Shown in pieces: positions 35,885 through 45,577 of a stretch of 64,000 bases of DNA. Each line of letters begins with the position of its first letter. The stretch's first letter is position 1. The notes beneath the pieces were generated by a model. That model was not told the origin of the DNA. It was given only the letters and a program-made list of their open reading frames with translations, and did not search any database. The position numbers were made by a program, and so were the translations under genes. Source of the DNA: Alistipes shahii (GTDB lineage Bacteria > Bacillota_I > Bacilli_A > RFN20 > CAG-826); the NCBI GenBank assembly GCA_963598795.1, contig CAVBUY010000003.1, positions 31,198-95,197 on the forward strand. The letters run 5' to 3'.

Positions 35885-36739
35885 ATGACAAAACATTCGA
35901 TCAGATATTTTCTAAACAATGAAGTACGCGCCATTTGGGACGATAAAGAGAACAAATGGTGGTATTCCGCCGTCGATGTGATTTCGATAATAACGGATTC
36001 CGATAATCCACGCATCTATTGGAATGCGCTGAAGAAAAGGCATCCGGAGCTTACTGAGTTTTGCAGACAGCTGAAACTCTACGCGGATGATGGCAAACGA
36101 TACTTGTCCGACGTTATTAACGAAGATGGCATCAACAGGCTCCGTTTTATCATTCATAAATCCAAAAATCCCGAGTTCGAAAAATGGATGGTAGGCGGTT
36201 TGGACCCAATCGATGAACGAAGCAAGAAGAAGGCCTATGAGCTATATAAAACGCATTTGGCCGATGAAGACGAAGTCGGAAAAACCGTATCTCTTGAGAA
36301 AATACACGCTTATTTGTTTGAGGGCCTTTATCCATTCGCCGGGCAAATAAGGGAAGCGACGATTTCCAAAGGGGGCTTTGTTTTCGCTAACGGAGATTTT
36401 CTGTCAGACACTTTAAAGAAAGTCGAATCCATGCCGCAAGGCTCATTCGATGAGATAGTGGAGAAATATGTCGAAATGAACATAGCCCATCCATTTATGG
36501 AAGGAAACGGACGCGCAACGAGGATATGGCTCGATTTGATATTCATCAAAGAAATCCATAAATGCGTCGATTGGTCCAAAATCGACAAAGAAGATTATTT
36601 TGAGGCCATGAAAATAAGCTATGTGGACGATAGCAAAATAAAAAGGTTGTTACGAAACGCGCTTACTGACGATATTGGCAACAGAGAATTGTTCATGAAG
36701 GGAATAGATACCTCGTACTATTACGAAGAAGCGGAATAG
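35885..36739 (+). CDS. Fic-domain protein (AMPylase-type) with Bro-N-like N-terminal domain
   Basis: Canonical HPFMEGNGRATR motif. The N-terminal IRYFLNNEVRAIWD..WWYSAVDVISIITDS..PRIYW is Bro-N/antirepressor-like. Confidence 0.8.
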   Translation: MTKHSIRYFLNNEVRAIWDDKENKWWYSAVDVISIITDSDNPRIYWNALKKRHPELTEFCRQLKLYADDGKRYLSDVINEDGINRLRFIIHKSKNPEFEKWMVGGLDPIDERSKKKAYELYKTHLADEDEVGKTVSLEKIHAYLFEGLYPFAGQIREATISKGGFVFANGDFLSDTLKKVESMPQGSFDEIVEKYVEMNIAHPFMEGNGRATRIWLDLIFIKEIHKCVDWSKIDKEDYFEAMKISYVDDSKIKRLLRNALTDDIGNRELFMKGIDTSYYYEEAE

Positions 36740-36857
36740 GATGCGTTTGTTCTAAAATCGTTTTGGATCTTGTGTTTTTATTCCGTCAAAGCATGAGATA
36801 ACAGGGCAAAGAAACATAGTTGGTTCTCATTAGAAGTATTTTTTGAATGTTTTTTGC

Positions 36858-36877
36858 GCGCACATACGCATGTGCGC
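36858..36877. terminator. hairpin, possible terminator insulating the Fic gene from the hrcA promoter
   Basis: gcgcacat-acgc-atgtgcgc flanked by T-runs on both sides. Confidence 0.4.
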
Positions 36878-36894
36878 ATTTATTTATAAAGTTT

Positions 36895-36921
36895 TTAGCA
36901 ATCACCTATTGACAGTGCTAA
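36895..36921 (+). promoter_or_regulatory. CIRCE operator (HrcA binding site) no. 1
   Basis: TTAGCAaTC-N9-cAGTGCTAA versus the consensus TTAGCACTC-N9-GAGTGCTAA. Confidence 0.8.
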
Positions 36922-36938
36922 CACCAGTTCACTATAAT
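36909..36938 (+). promoter_or_regulatory. sigma-A-type promoter of the hrcA-grpE-dnaK-dnaJ operon
   Basis: TTGACA (36909-36914), 18-nt spacer, TATAAT (36933-36938). Overlaps CIRCE 1. Confidence 0.6.
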
Positions 36939-36943
36939 CATCA

Positions 36944-36970
36944 TTGGCAATTGGAAGCCACGAGTGCTAA
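36944..36970 (+). promoter_or_regulatory. CIRCE-like operator no. 2 (weaker left arm)
   Basis: TTgGCAaTt-N9-GAGTGCTAA, between the -10 box and the RBS. Confidence 0.55.
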
Positions 36971-36990
36971 TCACTTCGGAAAGGAGGAAT

Positions 36991-38031
36991 ATGACCAGAA
37001 GAGACACGATATTGAAATACATCGTCGAATACTTCGTAAGCAAAGCCGAGCCGGTAGGTTCCAAAACCTTGCTCGAGGAATACCATCTGGATTGTTCTTC
37101 CGCCACCATAAGGAACGAGATGAACGCCCTCGAAGTAGATGGCTACCTTGAAAAAACCCACACTTCATCGGGAAGAATCCCCAGCGCCAAAGGTTATGAA
37201 TATTACGTTAATAACCTTAGGGGCGACAGGGTCGACCAAGAAGTGAAAAACGCCCTCCAAAACATTTTGGACAGGCGTGTCAAATCGGTGGAGGAAGTCA
37301 TGCAAGAAGCTTGCGAAATCCTCTCCAACATGACCGATTGCGCCGCTGGGGTATTGGGCAGCAACGCCTCAGAAGAAAGGCTCGTCAAAGTCCAAGTTAT
37401 CCCTCTTTCCAAGAATTCCGCCACGGCGGTATTCGTCACCGACCAAGGATATGTCGAAAACAAAACATTCATATTCGATTCGTCCGTATCGGTGGAAGAG
37501 GTCGAAAAGATGATTTCCACCTTGAACGAAAGACTCTCCGGCAGCCGCATCTCCGAAATAGTCCCTAAGTTGGAGGCCATGAGGCCCGCCCTTACCGATT
37601 ATCTCGTAAATCAAGAGATGCTCTACCAGATATTGCTCGAAGCCTTCGTCCGTTTCTCTGGAGAAAGGATGGAGCTATATGGAAAAGACGCCTTGCTCCA
37701 TCAACCGGAATTCGCTTCCGATGCCGACAAAATGCGAAAGCTGATCAAATTGCTGGACGATCCGAAAGCCTTCAGAAAGGCCATGGAAGAAGGCAAGAAG
37801 ACAGCCGATAAGGTCTCCGTCAAGATAGACCGCGAACATGGGGACGTTTCCATAGTCTCCGCGGAAGTCGATATCCCCGGAACGGGAGGCTCGACCTATC
37901 TTACCGTCCTAGGACCCAAGCGAATGGATTACGGCAAAGCCGTATCCATGCTCAAATATTTCCAAGAGACGTTGGAGAGATACTTCAACGAAATCTCGGA
38001 TGAGGAAGGAGGCAAAAATGGCAAAGGATAA
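36991..38031 (+). CDS. hrcA: heat-inducible transcription repressor HrcA
   Basis: MTRRDTILKYIVEYFVSKAEPVGSKTLLEEY...SSATIRNEM. AAGGAGG RBS before the ATG at 36991. Confidence 0.92.
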   Translation: MTRRDTILKYIVEYFVSKAEPVGSKTLLEEYHLDCSSATIRNEMNALEVDGYLEKTHTSSGRIPSAKGYEYYVNNLRGDRVDQEVKNALQNILDRRVKSVEEVMQEACEILSNMTDCAAGVLGSNASEERLVKVQVIPLSKNSATAVFVTDQGYVENKTFIFDSSVSVEEVEKMISTLNERLSGSRISEIVPKLEAMRPALTDYLVNQEMLYQILLEAFVRFSGERMELYGKDALLHQPEFASDADKMRKLIKLLDDPKAFRKAMEEGKKTADKVSVKIDREHGDVSIVSAEVDIPGTGGSTYLTVLGPKRMDYGKAVSMLKYFQETLERYFNEISDEEGGKNGKG

Positions 38032-38581
38032 GAAAGAAAACAAAGAAGAAGCCAAAAAGGAAGAAGAGAAAAAAGAAGAATCCATCGATTTGAACTCCGA
38101 ATTGGAAGCGTGGAAAAACAAATATTACACCGTCTACGCCGACATGGAGAATCTAAGGAAGAACCTCGAACGAGACCATCTCGAAGCCATCAAATACAGA
38201 GCCTCGGGATTCGTCGAGGAATTGCTTCCGGCCTTGGATTCATTCCGCTTCGCTCTTATTGCGGAACCGCAAAGCGAAGAGGCCAAGAATTACAAAACAG
38301 GCTTCGATTACATCTATAAGCTGATTCTCTCGGCTTTGGAAAAAGAAGGGGTCAAGGAAGTCACTCCGAAAGAAGAAGATCCATTCGACGTCAAATTCAT
38401 GATGGCGATGGATACGGTGGAAGATGGCGAGAAAGAACCCCAAAAAGTGACGAAGGTATACGCTTCGGCATATTACCTAAAGGACCGATTGATCCGTCCG
38501 GCCCGCGTCCAAGTAAGGATCAAACCCAATAAAAAAGAAGAAAATAACGAGCTTAAGGCGGAAGAATCCGCCAAAGCTTAA
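38018..38581 (+). CDS. grpE: nucleotide exchange factor GrpE
   Basis: Charged N-terminus, with ADMENLRKNLERD and LPALDSF blocks. Overlaps the hrcA end. Confidence 0.9.
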   Translation: MAKDKKENKEEAKKEEEKKEESIDLNSELEAWKNKYYTVYADMENLRKNLERDHLEAIKYRASGFVEELLPALDSFRFALIAEPQSEEAKNYKTGFDYIYKLILSALEKEGVKEVTPKEEDPFDVKFMMAMDTVEDGEKEPQKVTKVYASAYYLKDRLIRPARVQVRIKPNKKEENNELKAEESAKA

Positions 38582-38596
38582 GGAGGATAATAAATT

Positions 38597-40420
38597 ATGG
38601 CAAAAGAAATAATCGTAGGCATTGACCTTGGAACCACCAATTCCGTCATCTCATATTTGCAAAGCGACGGAAAAGTCAAAGTCATTCCAAACCCTGAAGG
38701 CACCAACACCACCCCTTCCGTCGTGGCTTTTAAAGCCGATGGCGAGCAAATAGTCGGAAACGCCGCCAAACGCCAAGCCATCACTAACCCCGACACCGTC
38801 CGTTCGGCCAAACGTAAAATAGGAACTTCCGAGAAATTCCACATCGGCTGCATCAACAAAGACTTCACGCCGCAGGAAATCTCCTCGAAAGTCTTAGCTT
38901 ATATGAAAGACTATGCCGAAAAGAGCATCGGCCAGCCGATACATAAGGCCGTCATCACTGTCCCGGCTTACTTCAATGACGCTCAACGTCAGGCCACCAA
39001 AGACGCAGGCACCATCGCGGGTTTGGAAGTCGTCCGTATCATCAACGAACCGACTGCCTCATGCTTAGCTTTCGGCCTTGATTCCGACAAATCCGGAAAA
39101 GTCTTGGTCTTCGACCTCGGCGGCGGAACCTTCGACGTCTCGGTTCTTGATATCGGAGACGGCACCTTCGAAGTCCTCTCCACTTGCGGCGACACCGCTT
39201 TAGGCGGAGACGACTGGGATATCGCTTTGGCCGATTGGATCCAAGCCCAAATCAAGATCCAGACCGGCTGCGATCTGACCGACAAAATGGCCCGTCAGCG
39301 TTTCTTAGACGCCGCCGAAAAAGCCAAAATCGAGCTTTCCAGCTCCTTATCGGCCACCATTTCCCTCCCGTTCATCGGCATGGGAAGCAACGGACCTATT
39401 TCCTTCGAAACCACTTTAACCCGCGCCAAATTCCAAGATTTGACCCGTCATTTGTTAGACAGATGCGTCGCCCCGATGGAAAAAGCCATGAAGGACGCCA
39501 ACTTGAAATACGATGATTTGAGCGAAATCTTGATGATCGGCGGATCCATCCGTATGCCGGCCGTCCAAGAATTGGTAAAGAAGGTAACCGGCAAGAATAT
39601 CAATCTCTCGGTTAACCCCGATGAAGCCGTTTCCATTGGCGCCGCCATCCAAGGTGGGGTCATCGCCGGAGACATCAAGGATGTCGTCTTGCTCGACGTC
39701 ACTCCGTTAACCTTGGGTATCGAAACCTTGGGCGGAGTCCTTACCCCGCTCATCCCGAGGAACACCACCATCCCGACCACCAAGAGCCAGATATTCTCCA
39801 CGGCCCAAGACAATCAACCGGCTGTCGATATCGCGGTTTATCAAGGCGAACGCCCGATGGCTCACGATAACAAATTGCTCGGCCAATTCAACCTTTCCGG
39901 CATCAAACCCGCCAGAAAAGGCGAGCCTAGGATCGAAGTTACCTTCTCAATCGACGTCAACGGCATCGTGAAGGTCTCAGCTAAGGATTTGGACACCAAC
40001 AAAGAGCAAAATATCACCATTTCTGGCTCTAATGGCTTATCCAAGAGCGACATCGACCGCATGGTCAAAGAAGCCGAGGAAAACAAAGAAGCCGACGAAA
40101 AGAGAAAAGGCGACATCGAAGTCAAAAACAAAGCTCAGACTTACGTCGACGAAATCAACCGCACCTTGGTCGAAAAGGGCGATAGCTTACCGGCCGACCA
40201 AAAGGAGCAAATGACCAAACTCCGCGACGAAGCCCAAGGCGCTATCGAAACTAACGATATCGAAAAGCTTAGGGAAATCGTCGGAAGATTGGAAGACGCG
40301 GCCCAAGCCGCCTATCAGGCCCAACAAGCCCAAGGCAACGCTTCTAACGCCGATTCCTCAACTCACGAGACCAACGCCGATGACGTGGTTGACGCCGACT
40401 TCAGCGATCACAAATCCTAA
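38597..40420 (+). CDS. dnaK: molecular chaperone DnaK (Hsp70)
   Basis: [17 protein letters not shown] and the other Hsp70 signatures. Confidence 0.97.
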   Translation: MAKEIIVGIDLGTTNSVISYLQSDGKVKVIPNPEGTNTTPSVVAFKADGEQIVGNAAKRQAITNPDTVRSAKRKIGTSEKFHIGCINKDFTPQEISSKVLAYMKDYAEKSIGQPIHKAVITVPAYFNDAQRQATKDAGTIAGLEVVRIINEPTASCLAFGLDSDKSGKVLVFDLGGGTFDVSVLDIGDGTFEVLSTCGDTALGGDDWDIALADWIQAQIKIQTGCDLTDKMARQRFLDAAEKAKIELSSSLSATISLPFIGMGSNGPISFETTLTRAKFQDLTRHLLDRCVAPMEKAMKDANLKYDDLSEILMIGGSIRMPAVQELVKKVTGKNINLSVNPDEAVSIGAAIQGGVIAGDIKDVVLLDVTPLTLGIETLGGVLTPLIPRNTTIPTTKSQIFSTAQDNQPAVDIAVYQGERPMAHDNKLLGQFNLSGIKPARKGEPRIEVTFSIDVNGIVKVSAKDLDTNKEQNITISGSNGLSKSDIDRMVKEAEENKEADEKRKGDIEVKNKAQTYVDEINRTLVEKGDSLPADQKEQMTKLRDEAQGAIETNDIEKLREIVGRLEDAAQAAYQAQQAQGNASNADSSTHETNADDVVDADFSDHKS

Positions 40421-40447
40421 TAAAATCTAAAAAAATCATTTTCGGAG

Positions 40448-40470
40448 AGAGGGCATTGCCCTCTTTCCTT
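40448..40470 (+). terminator. weak terminator/attenuator between dnaK and dnaJ
   Basis: agagggc-att-gccctct followed by ttcctt. Confidence 0.45.
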
Positions 40471-40493
40471 CTTAGTTAGAAAGGAGGACTTTC

Positions 40494-41609
40494 ATGGCTA
40501 AACGCGATTATTACGAAGTCCTGGGAATAAATAAATCCGCAACCAAAGACGAAATCAAATCCGCTTATAGGAAATTGGCCAAGAAATATCACCCAGACAT
40601 AAACAAAGACCCGGACGCCCCGAAGAAATTCGAGGAAATCCAGGAAGCTTACGACGTCCTCTATGACGATAACAAACGCGCCCAATACGACCAATTCGGA
40701 CCTGAAGCCTTCTCCCAAGGAAATATGGGAGGAAACGGAAACCCATTCGGAAACGGTTTCTCCAACATGGGCGGAATGGACGTGGATTTAAACGATATCT
40801 TCTCCTCTTTCTTTGGAGGCGGAAGAAGTAGGCAATCCCGTTCCGGACCTTTAAAGGGCGAAGATTCCCTTTATAGGGTGAAAATCAATTTCATGGACGC
40901 CATAAAGGGGACGACAATCACCGTGAACGCCACCTATGACGAGCCTTGCCCCCATTGTCATGGGACCGGAGCGGAAAACCCCTCCGATTACATGACTTGC
41001 CCAGATTGCGGCGGAAGGGGAACGGTCAAGATGCGCCAGCAGACCCTATTTGGGATGATGGAGACCGAACAATCCTGCCCTAGATGCAAAGGCAGTGGCA
41101 AAACCATCAAGGAAAAGTGCCATACCTGCGGAGGAAATGGCTATACCCGCATAAAGAAAAACCTCGAAGTGAAGATCCCGGCCGGCATAAATTCCGGCCA
41201 GCAGATCCGCGTCCAAGGGAAGGGCGGAAGAGGCATAAATGGTGGCCCTAACGGCGATCTTTACGTCGAAATAAGAATCGCTGACGATAAAACCTTCAAG
41301 AGAGACGGAAACGACATCCACGTCGACATCGATCTTTCTTTCGTCGACTGCGCCTTGGGAACCGAAATCGTGGTCCCGACCGTTTATGGGGACGTTAACG
41401 TTACCATTCCAGAAGGCACTCAACCCGATCAAATCATCCGCTTGAAGGAAAGGGGCATAAAAGACCTTAGGACCGGAAAGCCCGGAAACGAATATCTCCA
41501 TATAAAGGTCCGCACCCCAACCAACATGACTTCGACCCAAAAAGAGCTTTTGAGGCAATTTAAAAACGAAGATGGCAAGAAAACGGGATTTTTCTCCCGC
41601 AAAAAATAA
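40494..41609 (+). CDS. dnaJ: co-chaperone DnaJ
   Basis: J-domain KYHPD, G/F-rich linker, and four CxxCxGxG zinc repeats. Confidence 0.95.
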   Translation: MAKRDYYEVLGINKSATKDEIKSAYRKLAKKYHPDINKDPDAPKKFEEIQEAYDVLYDDNKRAQYDQFGPEAFSQGNMGGNGNPFGNGFSNMGGMDVDLNDIFSSFFGGGRSRQSRSGPLKGEDSLYRVKINFMDAIKGTTITVNATYDEPCPHCHGTGAENPSDYMTCPDCGGRGTVKMRQQTLFGMMETEQSCPRCKGSGKTIKEKCHTCGGNGYTRIKKNLEVKIPAGINSGQQIRVQGKGGRGINGGPNGDLYVEIRIADDKTFKRDGNDIHVDIDLSFVDCALGTEIVVPTVYGDVNVTIPEGTQPDQIIRLKERGIKDLRTGKPGNEYLHIKVRTPTNMTSTQKELLRQFKNEDGKKTGFFSRKK

Positions 41610-41667
41610 AAATAAAAGTATTTAGAACCCTCTTAGTTTGCTAACATAGTTAGCGAGAGAAGCAATT

Positions 41668-42120
41668 ATGAACAAATACATGTCAGAAGCCATAAAAGAA
41701 GCCCAAACCGGAATCCGTTTAGGTCATGGCGGCCCTTTCGGCGCCATAATCGTCAAAGACGGGAAAATCATCGGAAGGGGCCATAATCAGGTGGTCAAAC
41801 TCAACGACCCCACATGCCATGGGGAGATGATGGCCATCAGAGACGCTTCGAAAAACATAGATAGCTTCGATCTAAGCGGGTCCGAACTATATACGACCGG
41901 CGAACCATGCCCAATGTGTTTGGGAGCCATTCTCTGGGCCAATATCGATAAAGTTTATTATGGCTGCAATGTCTTAGACACCGACAAAATAGGCTTCAGG
42001 GACGATGTTTTCTATAAGAGATTGAACAACAAACTGAGCTTCGTCACCGAACTAGACAGAGACGAATGCTTGAAGTTATATGAGGAATATTCTTCCATTA
42101 AGGACAAGGTGAATTATTGA
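41668..42120 (+). CDS. guaD: guanine deaminase (CDA-fold, GuaD type)
   Basis: GGPFGAIIVKDGKIIGRGHN, DPTCHGE and EPCPMCLGAI blocks closely resemble B. subtilis GuaD as I recall it. TadA cannot be fully excluded. Confidence 0.7.
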   Translation: MNKYMSEAIKEAQTGIRLGHGGPFGAIIVKDGKIIGRGHNQVVKLNDPTCHGEMMAIRDASKNIDSFDLSGSELYTTGEPCPMCLGAILWANIDKVYYGCNVLDTDKIGFRDDVFYKRLNNKLSFVTELDRDECLKLYEEYSSIKDKVNY

Positions 42121-42121
42121 T

Positions 42122-42544
42122 ATGCCAAAATGCAGATTTTGCGACAAAACCATATCCAACCAAGACTACGACATTTGTCCTTTTTGCGGTGAGAAAAACC
42201 CTATTTCCCCAGATTACAAAACCCAAAACATCACCCAGGTGATATTGACCAAGGGAAATGAGGAATTATATAAATCGAAATCGAAAAAGACGACGGTTTT
42301 GCTTTCTTGCCTATTAGGCCCATTTGGCGCCGCCTTTTTCTATATCAAAGAGAAAAAGAAAGGAACTATCTGCCTTATCGTAAGCTTGCTTCTTTTGATT
42401 GCCGGGGCTTTGCTTTCGGTATTTGTTTGGGCTTATTCGATAATCATCCCGTTCGTTCTTTTATATCTATTCCATATCGCTTTCGGGATATATATTCATC
42501 AAAGCCACGTCTTTAAGGACGGCGAAGGGGAATATCTCCGCTAA
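42122..42544 (+). CDS. zinc-ribbon plus TM2-domain membrane protein
   Basis: CRFC...CPFC ribbon, then GPFGAAFFYIKEKKKG and two TM helices. Confidence 0.55.
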   Translation: MPKCRFCDKTISNQDYDICPFCGEKNPISPDYKTQNITQVILTKGNEELYKSKSKKTTVLLSCLLGPFGAAFFYIKEKKKGTICLIVSLLLLIAGALLSVFVWAYSIIIPFVLLYLFHIAFGIYIHQSHVFKDGEGEYLR

Positions 42545-42545
42545 T

Positions 42546-43253
42546 ATGGCGCATTATATTTTCAAAGAAAGAAAAGGGGACTCGCTCCTTTTTTCTATGG
42601 ACAGCATCCATCATATAAAGGATGTCATGCGCGTAAAGGTCGGCTTTGAATTCGAGGCCGTCAATAACGGGGAAATATATAAAGCCAGAGTTACCTCATT
42701 AAATCCTTTTGAAGTGAAAATAGTCGAGGAAATCAAAGAAAACAGAGAACTCAAAGGCCATTTGACCTTGGCTTTTTCCTTGCTTAAGGGGGGACATGAC
42801 GAACTGATATTGCAAAAAGGGACGGAACTCGGGGTTTATGCCTTCGTTCCCTTTATCTCTTCTAGAACGATAGTAAGGCTTAATAACGAAAAGGAAAAAG
42901 AGAGCAAAATAGTCAGATACAAGAAAATCTTGGAGAATTCGTCCGAGCAATGCAAAAGGTCTCTCATTCCCGAAATAAGCCCCATAATCAAATTGGAAGA
43001 TTTAATTTCGTTTCAAAACGAAACCAAATTGATCGCTTATGAAGAGGTGGCCTTCAAAGGCTCGCCTTTGGATAAAGAAATAGGGGACGATACCTTGTTG
43101 GTTATAGGCCCAGAAGGCGGATTTTCCAAAAAAGAGGCGGAATATCTTATAAAAAACGGCTTTAAGCCCGTTTCGCTCGGCAAAAGGATATTAAGGGCCG
43201 AAACGGCCGCGATAGCCTCCGCCGCTTTATATTCGTTTAGCAAAGAACAATGA
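42546..43253 (+). CDS. rsmE: 16S rRNA (uracil1498-N3)-methyltransferase
   Basis: 235 aa with the VIGPEGGFSKKE block and a SPOUT C-terminus. Confidence 0.85.
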   Translation: MAHYIFKERKGDSLLFSMDSIHHIKDVMRVKVGFEFEAVNNGEIYKARVTSLNPFEVKIVEEIKENRELKGHLTLAFSLLKGGHDELILQKGTELGVYAFVPFISSRTIVRLNNEKEKESKIVRYKKILENSSEQCKRSLIPEISPIIKLEDLISFQNETKLIAYEEVAFKGSPLDKEIGDDTLLVIGPEGGFSKKEAEYLIKNGFKPVSLGKRILRAETAAIASAALYSFSKEQ

Positions 43254-44530
43254 AATACTACGCTCACTCATTAGGCTGCAAGGTAAATTCTTACGAAGTC
43301 GCGGCCATCATAAAAGGACTTAAGGAAGAAGGCCATATAGAATCACCTCTAAAAGAGGCGGATTTGATCATCCTAAACACATGTTCCGTCACCGGCCAAG
43401 CCGATCAAAAATCCAGACAGCACATCCGTCGCTTCAGAAGGGAAAACGAGCATGGCTGCTTATTGGTCATGGGCTGCTATAGCGAATCCGCGGCCGAAGA
43501 ATGCTTATCCTTCGGGGCGGATATAGTTTTAGGAACCTCAAGAAGAAATGAGGCAATACCAGCTTGGCATGAATTCTTAAAAACCGGGAAAAAGATGGTT
43601 TTAACCGTAAAAAACGTCAGGCACGAAAAATATGAGGAGCTCGGTTCCATCATGAATTTCGATATGACTAGGGCATATCTGAAAGTTCAGGACGGATGCG
43701 ACAATTTCTGTTCTTATTGCATCATCCCTTCTTTAAGGGGCAATTCCCGTTCAAGGGATCAAGAATCCATAATAAACGAAGCCAAGGATTTGGTGAGAAA
43801 AGGCTATAAGGAAATTATTTTAACCGGCATCCACATCGGCCATTATGGGGCGGACTTAACCCCCAAATCCGACATTTCGGAATTAATCGAGAAGATTTTA
43901 AAAGCCGTCCCGAGCTTAAAAAGGCTTCGCATCTCCTCTATTGAGGAAAGCGAGATAGACAACGAGAAATTCCTTTCTCTTTTAAAAGACTATCGTCAAA
44001 TTGCCTCTCATCTGCATATCCCCTTACAATCTGGGTCATCCACGGTGCTAAAGAGGATGAGAAGGAAATACGACACATCATCATTTTTGAAATTGTTGGG
44101 TAAAATCAGGGATATCAGGCCCGATATAGCCATAACAACGGATATAATCGTCGGATTCCCGGGAGAAAGCGAAAAGGAATTTAAAGAGACGGTGGAGTTC
44201 TGCAAAAAGGCCAAATTCGCCGAAATACACGTCTTCCCCTTCTCGCCGAGAAAAGGCACCTGGGCTGCCGCTCAAAAAGACCAAGTGGATCCCAAAGTCA
44301 AAAAAGAGAGGGTTCACGCTTTGTTGGAGCTATCGAAAAAAGAAAGAAAAGAATACGAAAGCAAGTTTTTCGGCAAAGAGGTGGAAGTCCTATTTGAAGA
44401 TTTCAACGAAGAAAAGAAAATGGCATATGGACACACTTCCAATTATCTTAAGGTCGGAATAGAAAGCAAACGTTCCTTGCATGGTGAGATGCTATATGTC
44501 GAATATAATGAAAACACCGCTGCGGATTAA
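43250..44530 (+). CDS. mtaB: tRNA methylthiotransferase (MtaB/MiaB-like radical SAM)
   Basis: UPF0004 N-terminal Cys triad (GCKVN...NTCSV...GCY), radical SAM CDNFCSYC, and a TRAM-like C-terminus. ATGA overlap with rsmE. Confidence 0.82.
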   Translation: MKYYAHSLGCKVNSYEVAAIIKGLKEEGHIESPLKEADLIILNTCSVTGQADQKSRQHIRRFRRENEHGCLLVMGCYSESAAEECLSFGADIVLGTSRRNEAIPAWHEFLKTGKKMVLTVKNVRHEKYEELGSIMNFDMTRAYLKVQDGCDNFCSYCIIPSLRGNSRSRDQESIINEAKDLVRKGYKEIILTGIHIGHYGADLTPKSDISELIEKILKAVPSLKRLRISSIEESEIDNEKFLSLLKDYRQIASHLHIPLQSGSSTVLKRMRRKYDTSSFLKLLGKIRDIRPDIAITTDIIVGFPGESEKEFKETVEFCKKAKFAEIHVFPFSPRKGTWAAAQKDQVDPKVKKERVHALLELSKKERKEYESKFFGKEVEVLFEDFNEEKKMAYGHTSNYLKVGIESKRSLHGEMLYVEYNENTAAD

Positions 44531-44604
44531 AAGCGAACATCGCATTTCATAAAAGAACATATCTACATTATTCGTATATATTTTTGACATTGTATAAACT
44601 TGAA

Positions 44605-44632
44605 TTGACTACTTTCCCTCCCGTTGTATAAT
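44605..44632 (+). promoter_or_regulatory. candidate promoter of rpmF
   Basis: TTGACT, 16-nt spacer, TATAAT. Confidence 0.5.
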
Positions 44633-44659
44633 TACCAACGTCCTTAGGAGGAAGCAAAG

Positions 44660-44851
44660 ATGGCAGTCCAGCAAAGACGCAACAGCAAAACCCGCAAAAG
44701 AACACGCCGCACCCATTATAAATTGGTCGTCAGCGGCAAAATCGCCTGCCCGCACTGCGGAGAGATGATCGAAGCCCACACCGTTTGCCCGGCTTGCGGA
44801 TATTACAAAGGCAAAGACATTCTTCACCTTAAGAAGAAAGACGCCGAATAA
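44660..44851 (+). CDS. rpmF: 50S ribosomal protein L32 (zinc-ribbon form)
   Basis: [22 protein letters not shown]...CPACG. AGGAGG RBS. Confidence 0.9.
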   Translation: MAVQQRRNSKTRKRTRRTHYKLVVSGKIACPHCGEMIEAHTVCPACGYYKGKDILHLKKKDAE

Positions 44852-44867
44852 AATCGGAAAAGAGATA

Positions 44868-44892
44868 GGGAGCGTGCTCCCTTTTTCTTTTC
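44868..44892 (+). terminator. rho-independent terminator of rpmF
   Basis: gggag-cgtg-ctccc followed by tttttctttt. Confidence 0.6.
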
Positions 44893-44932
44893 ATAAAAGA
44901 AGGTAAAATAGACTATCGAGAGGTAATTTATC

Positions 44933-45577
44933 ATGAATATAGCGAAAATGATCGACCACACCATCCTAAATCCGGACGCGAGATTGGAAGATATAAAAAG
45001 GATTTGCAAAGAAGCCAAAGAATATGGCTTCGCTTCGGTATGCATAAACCCGAACTACGTTTCGTTGGCCAAAGAAGAATTAAAAGGGAGCGACGTCAAA
45101 GTCTGCACGGTTATCGGCTTCCCCTTGGGAGCTAACACTGTTTCAACCAAAGCTTTTGAAGCCAAAGAAGCCGTCCTTAATGGAGCGGACGAAATCGATA
45201 TGGTCCAAAATGTGACGATGGCCAAAGAACATGATTGGGATTATATAGAAAAGGAAGTCAAGGCTGTAAAGGACGCCATTGACGGACGTTTGCTCAAAGT
45301 CATCTTGGAAACCTGCTTTTTGAATAAGGACGAGATAAAAGAATCTTCCTTAGCCGCGATTAGAGGTGGGGCGGATTTCGTAAAGACCTCCACGGGATTT
45401 GGCAAAGGTGGAGCCAAAGTCGAAGATATCGAGATAATGCGTAAGGCGGTAGGACCTTCCAAAGGCGTCAAAGCTTCTGGCGGAATCCATAATTATCAAG
45501 AAGCCAAAGCCATGATAGAAGCCGGAGCTAATAGAATCGGCGCCTCCAAATCCATCGAAATAATCAAAGGCGAGTAA
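44933..45577 (+). CDS. deoC: deoxyribose-phosphate aldolase
   Basis: IDHTILNPDA and the Schiff-base Lys context FVKTSTGF. Confidence 0.9.
   Translation: MNIAKMIDHTILNPDARLEDIKRICKEAKEYGFASVCINPNYVSLAKEELKGSDVKVCTVIGFPLGANTVSTKAFEAKEAVLNGADEIDMVQNVTMAKEHDWDYIEKEVKAVKDAIDGRLLKVILETCFLNKDEIKESSLAAIRGGADFVKTSTGFGKGGAKVEDIEIMRKAVGPSKGVKASGGIHNYQEAKAMIEAGANRIGASKSIEIIKGE

Noticed and set aside
26536-36990. Prophage or ICE interpretation of the accessory DNA around hemW
   Set aside because: There are no integrase, capsid, tail, conjugation or replication genes, no flanking tRNA, and no visible att direct repeats. The evidence supports only small insertions plus a DGR.
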